Of a DNA stretch of 32,000 bases, positions 6,629 to 18,745 are shown one piece after another (positions within the stretch are counted from its first letter, which is position 1; each line of letters starts with the position of its first letter). Source of the stretch: Zymomonas mobilis subsp. mobilis ATCC 10988 (GTDB lineage Bacteria > Pseudomonadota > Alphaproteobacteria > Sphingomonadales > Sphingomonadaceae); contig NC_017262.1 of the NCBI RefSeq assembly GCF_000175255.2, positions 1,650,001 through 1,682,000 on the forward strand. The letters are read 5' to 3'. A program made the translations under genes and the position numbers. The notes beneath the pieces were generated by a model. That model was given only the letters and a program-made list of their open reading frames with translations. It made no database searches and was not told the DNA's origin.

Positions 6629-9109
6629 ATGACAAGATATTTTTGTCAGTTACTGGCAGGTACTGCCCTTCTTGCTTGTGTGCAATCCGCTTACGCGCAG
6701 GGGGTTCAATATAAAAGACCGGATGGTTCCACGCAGGCCTTGAAAGGCAACCAACCATCGGCTGCCGCTCACCCAGCCCCTGCGGCCACGACGGGTGCCG
6801 GAACACGGGGACGTACGCCAACGGCTGTTTCCGCTTCCCATCCGATCCCCAATGAACCTTTGCTTCGGAAAGAGGATGTAACCCAACCCCGTGCAAAAGA
6901 TGATGGTGCTGGCGGTTTAATCAGCCGTCGTGTCGGACGTGATGATATCGCGAATATCGGTTTTGGCCAGACGCGCCAGCAAATGACCATCACGCAAGAC
7001 AATTTCAGCCGGATGACCCCGGGGACGTCTGCCCTTAGTGTTATGGCAACCTTGCCGGGTGTCAATTTCCAGTCGGCGGATTCTTTTGGCTTGGATGAAA
7101 AATCCAGCAATCTCAATATCCGTGGTTTCTCACAGGATCAGATCGGCTTTACGATTGATGGTGTGCCGCTCGGTAACATGATGGACAGCAGTAACGGCCT
7201 GTCGATCAACCGGATGATTATGCCTGAAAATATCGACAGTGTGACGGTCAACTCCACGACCGGCAGCTTGGGCTTGGCTGCTAACAACAATGTCGGCGGC
7301 TCGGTGCAGTTTGCTTCCCATCGTCCGGGTGACAAACTCGATATCGTTGGATCAGGCACCTACGGTTCCAATAATACATGGCGCGGTTTTGTCCGTGTAG
7401 AAACCGGCGATATTACAGGTAATGGTTTACGCGGTTCTTTCAGCTATGGTTATCTGACCAGCGGCAAAAGCCGCGGCTGGGGTAAAGAAAAAGAACATCA
7501 GGTCAATGCCAAGATCACGCAGGATTTGCATGATGGCTATGACGGCGAAGTCGGGGTCTTCTTTAACTATGCCAATCTGAATGAAAATAACTACATGACC
7601 AGTAGTTATGACATGCAAAAGCGATTAGGCACCGATACCGATTATACCCATAATTGGGACATTGCTCAGCAGATGGCTACGGCCTATCAAAATGGCAGCA
7701 ATGCTTATCCGTCGCCTTATAATTCAGTTAATGACACCTATTATAGTGCTTCGACCTTAAGACGTGACTATATCGGTGGTTTGCATTTCAAACGCCACGT
7801 TACCAAGGAAATCAGTGTTGACCTGACCGGTTATTATAACCGCGAATATGGTCAGGATTTGATGTATAATCCTTATGTCGCAACGCCGGGCGGTTCTTCG
7901 CTTTCCCTTATGGGCGTCACCTCTACCCAAAATCGTGGTGGGGTAACGGGTCATGTCGCATGGGATCATGATTTCTCGGTCTTCAAAAACCATTTAGAAG
8001 CGGGCGGCTGGTATGAATCCAGTGTCAGCCATCAGGCCACCGATTATTATGATCTGGCTGGGGATGAAAGCGGGCCTTCCCGTAATATTCTCCATTATCA
8101 GCGTAATCCTTTCAGCTCACAATGGGCGCATACTATCGGTTCCGAAACGACCATGTATTATGTGTCTGACCGGATGGACTTTGGTAAAGTAACCTTGTCC
8201 GGTGGTTGGAAAGGCTTCCAGACGACCAGCCAGAACAAAGCTGCTGGTAATCTTGCCGATTACAACCGCGCAGTTGGCAAGCTGAATTCAACCGATTGGT
8301 TCTTGCCGCAATTCGGTATCTTGTGGAAACCTGACAGCCGCATTGATTTGTTCTTCAACTATTCCGAAAATATGCAGGCGATGAATGCCAATCTGTTGGC
8401 AGCGACTTCACAGGCTAATTTCAACAGCTTATCTAGCAATCATAAATTGCGTCCTGAAAAATCGACCAATTATGAAATCGGTATGCGGTATCATGAAGGT
8501 CGTTTCCAGACGAGCGTTGCCGCTTATTACAGCTATATAACCAATAATTTGCTGGCGACTTCGACGAAAAGCGCCAATGCCCCGATCAATGTCTATAATG
8601 TCGGCGGCATTAAAAATTATGGTGTTGATGTTACGGCGATGTATCGCATTTTGCGGCCGTTATCCTTCTTGGCCAGCTACTCTTATACCCATGCCACCTA
8701 TGCTAATAATATCACCGGCCAAGATGGCTCGGTTCTTTATGATACCAAGCATAAATGGGTTCAGGGTATTCCGCGCAACATGTTTAAAGCGGATATCGTC
8801 TATGACGATCATCACTTGTTGATGCGGGTCGGCGGAACCTTCATGGTTCATCGCTTGGCCGATGCTGTGAATAACGTCCATGTTCCGGGACAATATATTC
8901 TGAACGGCGCTATCGGTTATCACTTCGGTGATGAAGTGCCTTATATGAAGGGTTGGACGGTCATTGGTAACGTCACCAATATGACGGGGCAGCGTTATGT
9001 CTCGACCATTGGTGCTAATGGCTTCGTCGCCAGCGGAAGCGACCTTACTCAGAATTTGCAGGGTGGCGCACCACGTCGTTTCTTCATTACACTGAAACGC
9101 GGCCTTTAA
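6629..9109 (+). CDS. TonB-dependent outer-membrane receptor
   Basis: 826 aa with signal peptide (LLACVQSAYAQ), plug domain (LSVMATLPGVNFQSADSFGLDEKSSNLNIRGFSQDQIGFTIDGVPLG), alternating beta-barrel strands, and a terminal aromatic pattern (RRFFITLKRGL). Confidence 0.92.
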   Translation: MTRYFCQLLAGTALLACVQSAYAQGVQYKRPDGSTQALKGNQPSAAAHPAPAATTGAGTRGRTPTAVSASHPIPNEPLLRKEDVTQPRAKDDGAGGLISRRVGRDDIANIGFGQTRQQMTITQDNFSRMTPGTSALSVMATLPGVNFQSADSFGLDEKSSNLNIRGFSQDQIGFTIDGVPLGNMMDSSNGLSINRMIMPENIDSVTVNSTTGSLGLAANNNVGGSVQFASHRPGDKLDIVGSGTYGSNNTWRGFVRVETGDITGNGLRGSFSYGYLTSGKSRGWGKEKEHQVNAKITQDLHDGYDGEVGVFFNYANLNENNYMTSSYDMQKRLGTDTDYTHNWDIAQQMATAYQNGSNAYPSPYNSVNDTYYSASTLRRDYIGGLHFKRHVTKEISVDLTGYYNREYGQDLMYNPYVATPGGSSLSLMGVTSTQNRGGVTGHVAWDHDFSVFKNHLEAGGWYESSVSHQATDYYDLAGDESGPSRNILHYQRNPFSSQWAHTIGSETTMYYVSDRMDFGKVTLSGGWKGFQTTSQNKAAGNLADYNRAVGKLNSTDWFLPQFGILWKPDSRIDLFFNYSENMQAMNANLLAATSQANFNSLSSNHKLRPEKSTNYEIGMRYHEGRFQTSVAAYYSYITNNLLATSTKSANAPINVYNVGGIKNYGVDVTAMYRILRPLSFLASYSYTHATYANNITGQDGSVLYDTKHKWVQGIPRNMFKADIVYDDHHLLMRVGGTFMVHRLADAVNNVHVPGQYILNGAIGYHFGDEVPYMKGWTVIGNVTNMTGQRYVSTIGANGFVASGSDLTQNLQGGAPRRFFITLKRGL

Positions 9110-9130
9110 TATTTTATCTAACGGATGATT

Positions 9131-9167
9131 AAAAAAAGCCGGAGGTCTTAAGGCCTCCGGCTTTTTT
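9131..9167. terminator. Bidirectional Rho-independent terminator between convergent TonB receptor and aroC
   Basis: AAAAAAGCCGGAGG-TCTTAAGG-CCTCCGGCTTTTTT, a perfect 14-bp stem with A and T tracts on either side. Confidence 0.92.
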
Positions 9168-9187
9168 GTTATCAAATTGGGAAAAGA

Positions 9188-10264
9188 TTATCGACCTGTC
9201 TGGGCGCGATGCAAAAGTTTCTGATCTGCCAAAACCAAAGCCATCATGGCTTCGACAACAGGCACCGCCCGAATACCGACGCAAGGATCGTGACGACCCT
9301 TGGTCACCACTTCGACCGCTTCGCCCTCGCGGTTGATCGAGGGCAGGGGCGACACAATCGAAGGAGTCGGCTTTAAGGCACAGCGGACAACTACCGGTTG
9401 TCCTGTTGCAATGCCTGCGGTAACGCCGCCTGCATGATTGGACAGAAATTTGACCCCATCGCCTTGGTCGGCAGGGCGAAGGGCATCGGCATTGTCGCGC
9501 CCTGTTGATCGAGCGGCGTCAAAGCCATCGCCGATCTCGACCCCTTTCACCGCATTGATGCCCATGCAAGCCGCTGCTAATTCTGAATCCAGCTTGGCAT
9601 AGAGGGGGGCGCCCCATCCAGCAGGGACATGAAAGGCAACACATTCGACAACAGCCCCAACGGAATTGCCGTCTTTTCTTGCTTCATCAACAATTTTTTC
9701 CCATCTCGCTACCGCCGATTTGTCAGGGCAAAAGAAAGGATTGTTGTTGATTTCAGCTTCATCAAAGGCTTGACGATCGATCTTGTCGCCACCTAATTCA
9801 ACTAGATAGCCCTGAATTTTAACTTCAGAGATCACCAATCGAGCAACAGCACCGGCTGCGACACGGGCGGCAGTCTCTCTGGCGGAAGAGCGTCCACCAC
9901 CACGATAATCACGCAGTCCGTATTTGGCATCATAGGCAAAATCACCATGAGCTGGACGGTATTGCTGCGCTACATTGCTGTAATCGCGGGAACGTTGATC
10001 CGTATTTTCGATCATCAGACTAATCGGCGTGCCAGTTGTCCGACCTTCAAAAACGCCTGATAAAATCTTAACCGCATCTGCTTCCCGTCTTTGGGTCGTA
10101 AAGCGGGAAGAACCCGGTTTCCGCCGATCGAGGAAAGGCTGAATATCTTTTTCAGACAATTCCAATCCCGGAGGACAGCCATCGACGACTGCACCTAAGG
10201 CAGGTCCATGACTTTCCCCCCAACTGGTAAAACGGAAGAGATGGCCGAAACTGTTAAAGCTCAT
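9188..10264 (-). CDS. aroC: Chorismate synthase
   Basis: 358 aa: [47 protein letters not shown] and [23 protein letters not shown]. Confidence 0.97.
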   Translation of the reverse strand: MSFNSFGHLFRFTSWGESHGPALGAVVDGCPPGLELSEKDIQPFLDRRKPGSSRFTTQRREADAVKILSGVFEGRTTGTPISLMIENTDQRSRDYSNVAQQYRPAHGDFAYDAKYGLRDYRGGGRSSARETAARVAAGAVARLVISEVKIQGYLVELGGDKIDRQAFDEAEINNNPFFCPDKSAVARWEKIVDEARKDGNSVGAVVECVAFHVPAGWGAPLYAKLDSELAAACMGINAVKGVEIGDGFDAARSTGRDNADALRPADQGDGVKFLSNHAGGVTAGIATGQPVVVRCALKPTPSIVSPLPSINREGEAVEVVTKGRHDPCVGIRAVPVVEAMMALVLADQKLLHRAQTGR

Positions 10265-11067
10265 TTGGCAAGCGCGATATCTGGAGCATCAATGCGTTTC
10301 ATGCCGACAATGTTATATCCGGCATCGACATGATGAATTTCGCCGGTCACACCCGAAGCGAGATCAGACAGCAAATAAAGCGAAGATTTCCCGACCTCTT
10401 CAATCGAAACCGTGCGTTTCAGCGGCGTATTAAGCTGGTTCCATTTCAGAATATAAGAGAAATCACCAATCCCGCGGGCAGCCATGGTCTGAATGGGGCC
10501 TGCCGAAATAGCATTGACCCGAATATTGCGATCACCAAGGTCAGCAGCCAGATATTTGACAGAGCTTTCCAAAGCCGCCTTGGCAACACCCATGATGTTA
10601 TAATTCGGCATGACTTTTTCTGCGCCATAATAGGTCAGCGTCAAAACACTACCGCCATTCGGCATCATATCGCGGGCTTTTCTGGTTACTGCGATCAAGG
10701 AGTAAGCAGAAATTGTCATCGTCGTCTGGAAATTTTCAAGGCTGGTATCCGAGAAATGACCACGCAGCTCATTCTTGTCGGAGAAGCCGATAGCATGAAC
10801 AATAAAATCAATCGTTGGCCAACGCTCTGCAAGATCGGCAAAGGCGGTATCAATCGCCGCCATATCGCTGACATCACAGTCGATCAGGATATCCGAACCC
10901 AGCTTTTCAGCAAGAGGCTGAACCCGCTTTTTCAAGGCCTCACCCTGATAGGTGAAAGCTAATTCTGCGCCTTGTTCTTTCAATGCGCAGGCAATACCCC
11001 ATGCCAAAGAACGATCATTGGCAAGCCCCATGATCAGTCCTCTTTTTCCATCCATCAATCCGGCCAT
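10261..11067 (-). CDS. fabI: Enoyl-[acyl-carrier-protein] reductase (NADH)
   Basis: [57 protein letters not shown] and [10 protein letters not shown]. Likely start is [10 protein letters not shown] at 11067. Stop TGA overlaps the aroC ATG (ATGA). Confidence 0.95.
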   Translation of the reverse strand: MAGLMDGKRGLIMGLANDRSLAWGIACALKEQGAELAFTYQGEALKKRVQPLAEKLGSDILIDCDVSDMAAIDTAFADLAERWPTIDFIVHAIGFSDKNELRGHFSDTSLENFQTTMTISAYSLIAVTRKARDMMPNGGSVLTLTYYGAEKVMPNYNIMGVAKAALESSVKYLAADLGDRNIRVNAISAGPIQTMAARGIGDFSYILKWNQLNTPLKRTVSIEEVGKSSLYLLSDLASGVTGEIHHVDAGYNIVGMKRIDAPDIALAK

Positions 11068-11089
11068 ACCATTCCTCATTTATCAAAAA

Positions 11090-12100
11090 TTATTGGCTAC
11101 TTTTTGGGGCAACAGAGGCCACCCTGTCAAATGCCAGTGTCGCATTCAAATGAATGCCCACAACCAAGCCTAGTCCAATGATCCAGAAATAGATCAAAAC
11201 TATGACGGAACCAGCAAGTCCACCATAGCTGCGGTTATAATCCAACATATTATTGAGCGCGATAGGGAGAATCATACTCACCATCTGCCACCAAAAGGCG
11301 GTCAAAAAAGCCCCCGGCCATTTATAATAGCGGGCTTTTCGATATTGCGGTGGTGTAATGGAGTAAAACAGAACGTAAAGCGCGCCAAATAATAACCCGC
11401 CGGAAATGACACGGGAAATGATCGACAGAATGGTAATATGTTCAAAAAATGCGTGGATTCGGTCGCTAGTCAAGCCGATCAGATTAAGCTGATCTATCAG
11501 ACTATGGTTATCGGAAAGGCTGATATGGGGCAAAGCGGCCTTGGCATATTCCATCACCCATCCAAAGCGCTGCGAAAAAACATTTTGGAGCGTTGCAATT
11601 AACACCTGAATAGACAGGATGATAAACATCATTAAAACCGCGCCAATATTGATCGCCATAGCACCTAAGCGATAGCGAATAAATTCGGTCGGCGGTTCCA
11701 TATGATAGGTGCGATACAGTAATTCCCGAATACTGGCGATGAAACCACTAACAGACCACAGGCTGACTAATGCACTCCACCAGATCAAAGAGCCTGATTT
11801 CGTCGAAAGAACCTGAAAAATAGGACCACTTAATTGGCTGGAAACATTGGGTGGCAAGGCGGAAAGAAAAGAACGCACCGCCGCAAAACCAGCGGCACCG
11901 CGCCCAATCGTACTGGCAACAATAATGGTCAAAATCATGAAAGGAAAAAGGGTCAACAAAGCCATATAGGCAAAGTTACCGGCATGCGGAAAACCATTAT
12001 TGATAACGCCGCTTGCGACCTGTTTTATAATTCTGAAAAAGGCCGCATATCTTTTTCGCTTTTTATGAAAAGGCGATTTTTTTCGTGTTGCTTCTGTCAT
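11090..12100 (-). CDS. YihY/BrkB-family inner-membrane protein
   Basis: Multi-TM protein: HAGNFAYMALLTLFPFMILTI, LSALPPNV, GALYVLFYSITP and GGLAGSVIVLIYFWIIGLGLVVG. Likely start MTEATRKK at 12100; the track gives 12112. Confidence 0.86.
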   Translation of the reverse strand: MTEATRKKSPFHKKRKRYAAFFRIIKQVASGVINNGFPHAGNFAYMALLTLFPFMILTIIVASTIGRGAAGFAAVRSFLSALPPNVSSQLSGPIFQVLSTKSGSLIWWSALVSLWSVSGFIASIRELLYRTYHMEPPTEFIRYRLGAMAINIGAVLMMFIILSIQVLIATLQNVFSQRFGWVMEYAKAALPHISLSDNHSLIDQLNLIGLTSDRIHAFFEHITILSIISRVISGGLLFGALYVLFYSITPPQYRKARYYKWPGAFLTAFWWQMVSMILPIALNNMLDYNRSYGGLAGSVIVLIYFWIIGLGLVVGIHLNATLAFDRVASVAPKSSQ

Positions 12101-12392
12101 AATTGCGGGCATGGTCTCTTAACACTCATCATTAAACAAGGGTTAATCACGCCGCAGCGGTGCTAAAATAAAAAACTTATTTCAATAGCGTTATTGGGCA
12201 ACAGGCGAGGAACTATCCCCAAAGGGATAGCGAAAGGATAATATAGCTGTCGAAAGGGAATCTGTTTTTATCGGATAACCTTCAGATATATCTTGTTTTA
12301 TGGGTGGATTTTTCTTTTGAGGCCTAAAAATATTAAGGCCGACCTAAAAAGGCCAGCCTTAATAAATAAAATACAATCTACGAAGGTAAAGA

Positions 12393-13334
12393 TTACAAGC
12401 CTAAAGCTGACCTTGGATTATAAGCCTCTTTGCCACCCCATTTTTGGACAAATTGCTTCAAATCGCTATCATTTTCAGGAATCGTAATCATCAAAGTGAC
12501 CAGCTCATCGCCGCGTCCACCTGATTTTTTATGAAAACCCTTGCCTCTAAGGCGTAATACCTTGCCGGAGCTAGCCCCAGCTGGAACCGATACCATCACA
12601 GCGCCTTCAGCCGTCGGGACTTTTACCTTGGCGCCTTCGACCGCTTCAGCCAAAGAAATCGGCAGATTCAAGGTAATATCGTCGCCCTTACGCTGGAAGA
12701 AAGCATGAGGCTGAATATCAATCGTGACAATCGCATCACCGGCACCACCAGGGCCCGGTTGGCCTTTACCAGCTAACCGCATTTGAGTGCCGTTTTCGAC
12801 CCCTGCCGGTAATTTTAAATCGATTGTTTTGCCATCTCCCAAGGTAATCCGTTGAGGATGTAAAGTAGCAGCATCAACAAAAGGCACTTTCAGGCGGTAA
12901 AGATTGTTACTGCCTTTGGGGGCTGCCCGCCCACCGAAACCGCCGCGCTGTGATCGGCCACCGCCACCGCCGAAAATACCTTCAAAGATATCTCCGAAGT
13001 CGCCGCCGCCACCGCCGCCGAAGTTAAAACCGCCAAAGCCGCCACCGCCGCCGCGGCCACCCCCACCGGCACCGCCTTGGAATCCACCGAAACCGCCCCC
13101 GTTAAAGCGCGGATTACCCTGATCGTCGATTTCCCCACGATCATATTGGGCGCGTTTTTCTTTGTCTGATAAAATATCATAGGCAGCCGATACTTCGGAA
13201 AAACGCGCCGCTGCTTGAGGGTTATCCTTGTTGTGATCTGGATGGTATTTTTTTGCCAGAGAGCGATAGGCTTTTTTAATAGCCGCCTCATCCGCGTTTC
13301 GCGTTACTCCCAATTTTTCGTAAAGATCAGCCAT
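12393..13334 (-). CDS. DnaJ-class co-chaperone without zinc finger (CbpA-like)
   Basis: N-terminal J domain with HPD ([12 protein letters not shown]), a very Gly-rich linker, and a C-terminal substrate-binding domain. The protein has no cysteine, so no CXXCXGXG repeats. Confidence 0.9.
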   Translation of the reverse strand: MADLYEKLGVTRNADEAAIKKAYRSLAKKYHPDHNKDNPQAAARFSEVSAAYDILSDKEKRAQYDRGEIDDQGNPRFNGGGFGGFQGGAGGGGRGGGGGFGGFNFGGGGGGDFGDIFEGIFGGGGGRSQRGGFGGRAAPKGSNNLYRLKVPFVDAATLHPQRITLGDGKTIDLKLPAGVENGTQMRLAGKGQPGPGGAGDAIVTIDIQPHAFFQRKGDDITLNLPISLAEAVEGAKVKVPTAEGAVMVSVPAGASSGKVLRLRGKGFHKKSGGRGDELVTLMITIPENDSDLKQFVQKWGGKEAYNPRSALGL

Positions 13335-13723
13335 AATGTCTTTAAGCCCACTCTATCTGAAATCATTCATGTAGCAAATATGCCACATAAATGTGTATGT
13401 CCCCTTAAAATCGCAAGGGGGCTGATCATAAAAAGCTGTTTTGTCAGAATATTAAAAGGATAAACAAAAAGATGGAATCATATTTATCTAGATAATATTT
13501 TAAAAATAAAATGATTGGAACAAAATTTAAAAATCACTTCATCACGGCAATAATTTTTACTTTGAAAATAAATCTCTAGCCATTCGATTTTTTCGGATTT
13601 TTTAACTAAGCGCTTTGTTGTGAAAAAATCGAAACTATTCCCGTGAAATCTTATTATCACGATAAGCGACAGGCCGCTTGATTATAAATTTAACTAAAAA
13701 TAGAGCCTGCCGGTGATAATATC

Positions 13724-13764
13724 AGGCCAGTTACAACAGAATTTAAAGCTATTATAACTGGCCT
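13724..13764. repeat. Inverted repeat in the pyrC-dnaJ intergenic region
   Basis: AGGCCAGTTA (13724-13733) and TAACTGGCCT (13755-13764), perfect 10-bp arms with a 21-nt spacer, 17 bp beyond the dihydroorotase stop. Confidence 0.5.
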
Positions 13765-13781
13765 TGAAAAAGAAACGGCCT

Positions 13782-15122
13782 CTATTTCTTCAATTCATTC
13801 CGTAAACTATCCTGAAAACGTAACGGGCGACCTATCGCTTCACTATAAAGCTGACCTTCCCACATTACGCGATGTCCGCGAATAACGGTGCCGACCGGTT
13901 TAGCCTTTAGCTGCTTTCCAGAAAAAGGCGACCAACCACATTTAGAGGCCAGCCATTCTTCTTCGACAACCCAAGAAGCCTTCATATCGACAATAGAGAA
14001 ATCGGCATCATAGCCGACAGCAATCCGACCTTTATTCAAAAGGCCAAATAATCGTTGTGGGCCATAAGATACCAGATCAACCAAGCGAGCAAGGCTCAAG
14101 CGACCTTCGGCGACATGATGCAGCATTAAAGGCAGCAAGGTTTGAACCCCCGGCATCCCACTGGGTGATTGAGGGTAGGGGCGCTGCTTTTCTTCAATAG
14201 TATGCGGCGCATGATCGGAACCGATGACATCGGCGATACCCTGCTGCAAGGCATCCCATAATCCGGCCTGATGTTTTCCAGAACGGATAGGTGGATTCAT
14301 TTGGGCATAGCTACCCAATTCTGGATACGCTGTTTCCGCTGCCAAAGTGAGATGCTGCGGCGTTAATTCACAGCTGGCTATATCTTTATGGAGCGCGATC
14401 AAGGCCATTTCTTCAGGGGTCGTGACATGAAGAATATGAATCGGGCGACCTGCTTTTTGAGCCAAAGATAATATACGTTTTGTGGCTCGCATCGCCGTTT
14501 CGTCATCGCGCCAAACCGGATGGGATGACGGATCATTGGTTACACGATGAGGCTGCCTTTCTTTTAGTCTGGCTTCATCTTCAGCATGAATTGCAACGCG
14601 CCGCCGTCCCGATTGTAAAACAGAAAGAAGCGTTTCATCATCATCGACCAATAAATTACCCGTTGATGATCCCATGAAAACCTTGATGCCGGCGCATCCG
14701 GGCAGGCTTTCCAATCCGGCCAATTTATCAAAATTATGGGCGGTCGCCCCGATATAAAAGGCATGATCGCACCACATCCGATTTTTGGCACGGGCTAGTT
14801 TATCAGCCAAAGCCTCGGCGGTGTCTGTTGGTGGATTGGTATTTGGCATTTCAAAAACAGCGGTAATGCCACCCAGCACTGCCGCACGACTGCCGCTTTC
14901 AAGGTCTTCTTTACCTTCCAAACCCGGTTCGCGGAAATGCACCTGCGTATCTATCGCACCTGGCAAAATCGTTAGCCCATCACAGGCCAAACAGGCATCG
15001 GCTTGATGCTTTTCAAATTCTCCGAGGGCGGCAATCTTGCCATTTTTTACAGCAATATCTTTCGAGATCAGCCCACCGGGGGTAAAAATCGTTCCACCTT
15101 TTAAAATCAGATCATAAAGCAT
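13782..15122 (-). CDS. pyrC: Dihydroorotase / amidohydrolase family protein
   Basis: 446 aa: LPGAIDTQVHFREPGLEGKEDLESGSRAAVLGGITAVFEMPNTNPPT, HILHVTTPEEM and DVIGSDHAPHT. Confidence 0.88.
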   Translation of the reverse strand: MLYDLILKGGTIFTPGGLISKDIAVKNGKIAALGEFEKHQADACLACDGLTILPGAIDTQVHFREPGLEGKEDLESGSRAAVLGGITAVFEMPNTNPPTDTAEALADKLARAKNRMWCDHAFYIGATAHNFDKLAGLESLPGCAGIKVFMGSSTGNLLVDDDETLLSVLQSGRRRVAIHAEDEARLKERQPHRVTNDPSSHPVWRDDETAMRATKRILSLAQKAGRPIHILHVTTPEEMALIALHKDIASCELTPQHLTLAAETAYPELGSYAQMNPPIRSGKHQAGLWDALQQGIADVIGSDHAPHTIEEKQRPYPQSPSGMPGVQTLLPLMLHHVAEGRLSLARLVDLVSYGPQRLFGLLNKGRIAVGYDADFSIVDMKASWVVEEEWLASKCGWSPFSGKQLKAKPVGTVIRGHRVMWEGQLYSEAIGRPLRFQDSLRNELKK

Positions 15123-15165
15123 CAGTGGCCTTCCTTTTTGTCTGCCAGTTTTTTATTATCCTATT

Positions 15166-15990
15166 ATGAGTGCCGCAAACAACCTTGCTATGCCGGATAA
15201 TGCCACTTTATTGGCTGACCGGTCTGTTATCCGCCTATCCCCGATAGCAGAAGAGTCTCGATCAGAAGTCTTTGAGTTTTTACAAGGACTTGTCACACAG
15301 GATGTCTTTCTGCTGGAAAAGGGGGCGCCCCTATGGTCGGCCTTGCTGACGGCGCAAGGAAAAGTCTTATATGACTTTATCCTATGGGCAGAGGGTAGCT
15401 CGATTCTGATAGACTGTGAATCGGCGATTGCGGATAATTTAATCCGACGACTAACCCTTTATCGATTGCGGCGCGCTATCCGTATTGAAATTGATCCTGC
15501 GATTGCCGTGCATTGGTCATTGAAACCGCCTGAAAATCAGGCGATATCCTCTTTTTCTGACCCAAGATTATCTGAATTAGGCTTTCGTTGGTTACAGCCT
15601 GCCACCGATAGCCAGCCATCGGCGGAAGCTATCTGGAAAAAACACCGTCTGGCATGGGGCGTGACAGAAGGCCAAGCTGAATTAGGCTTGGATAAAACTT
15701 TATGGTTGGAAGCCAATGCCCGCGAATTAAACGGCGTTAGCTTTACCAAGGGTTGTTACGTTGGTCAGGAAAATACTGCCAGAATGAATTGGCGGCAAAA
15801 GATCAATCGTCGCTTGGCGGTTATCAAGACAGATCATCCCTTAGACGATGACAAATGTCGGATTTACTATAGCGATTTGAAGTTGGCTGTTATGCTGCTG
15901 CGTGTCGCTGATTGGAATAAATTACCCGATGACCAAGAGGTCATAACCCCTGAATGGTTGAAAGAGGCCTTGGCAGAAGCCCATTCTTGA
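15166..15990 (+). CDS. ygfZ: YgfZ/GcvT-domain folate-binding protein
   Basis: 274 aa containing the family signature KGCYVGQENTARM. Confidence 0.88.
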   Translation: MSAANNLAMPDNATLLADRSVIRLSPIAEESRSEVFEFLQGLVTQDVFLLEKGAPLWSALLTAQGKVLYDFILWAEGSSILIDCESAIADNLIRRLTLYRLRRAIRIEIDPAIAVHWSLKPPENQAISSFSDPRLSELGFRWLQPATDSQPSAEAIWKKHRLAWGVTEGQAELGLDKTLWLEANARELNGVSFTKGCYVGQENTARMNWRQKINRRLAVIKTDHPLDDDKCRIYYSDLKLAVMLLRVADWNKLPDDQEVITPEWLKEALAEAHS

Positions 15991-16032
15991 CGGCTTCAGC
16001 CTTTGTCAGTTTTTTATGGTCTCAACCAGATA

Positions 16033-16066
16033 TAAAAAAAGCCGGAAAAAATTTCCGGCTTTTTTC
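16033..16066. terminator. Bidirectional Rho-independent terminator between convergent ygfZ and purA
   Basis: AAAAAAGCCGGAAA-AAAT-TTTCCGGCTTTTTT-type hairpin with A and T tracts. Confidence 0.9.
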
Positions 16067-16079
16067 GTTATAGGCTATT

Positions 16080-18549
<2,470 letters not shown>

Positions 18550-18745
18550 TGATCAAAAAGCTTTTATTATCAGGACAAAGGTCTTTCTAATCATGTTGCG
18601 ACAACATTCCACCCTGTTTCTTACGTAAAAACCGTTTCATGACATATTTTTTGAATATCAGACCCGATATTCCCGATATAATTTACTCAATCGGAGGAAT
18701 ATCAGGCCTGATATTGCCAAAATTATATCCGTTATCCTGATAATT

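Noticed and set aside
8660-9175. 171-aa minus-strand ORF overlapping the TonB receptor 3' end
   Set aside because: It is fully antisense to a strong barrel-encoding region and spans the terminator; no recognisable domain.
10330-10962. 210-aa + strand ORF over fabI
   Set aside because: Antisense to clearly coding fabI; no family resemblance.
12904-13122. Pro-rich 72-aa ORF ([11 protein letters not shown]...)
   Set aside because: It is the complement of the Gly-rich linker of the DnaJ-like protein, not a separate proline-rich protein. The GGT/GGC runs are also not a tandem-repeat locus in the CRISPR or VNTR sense.
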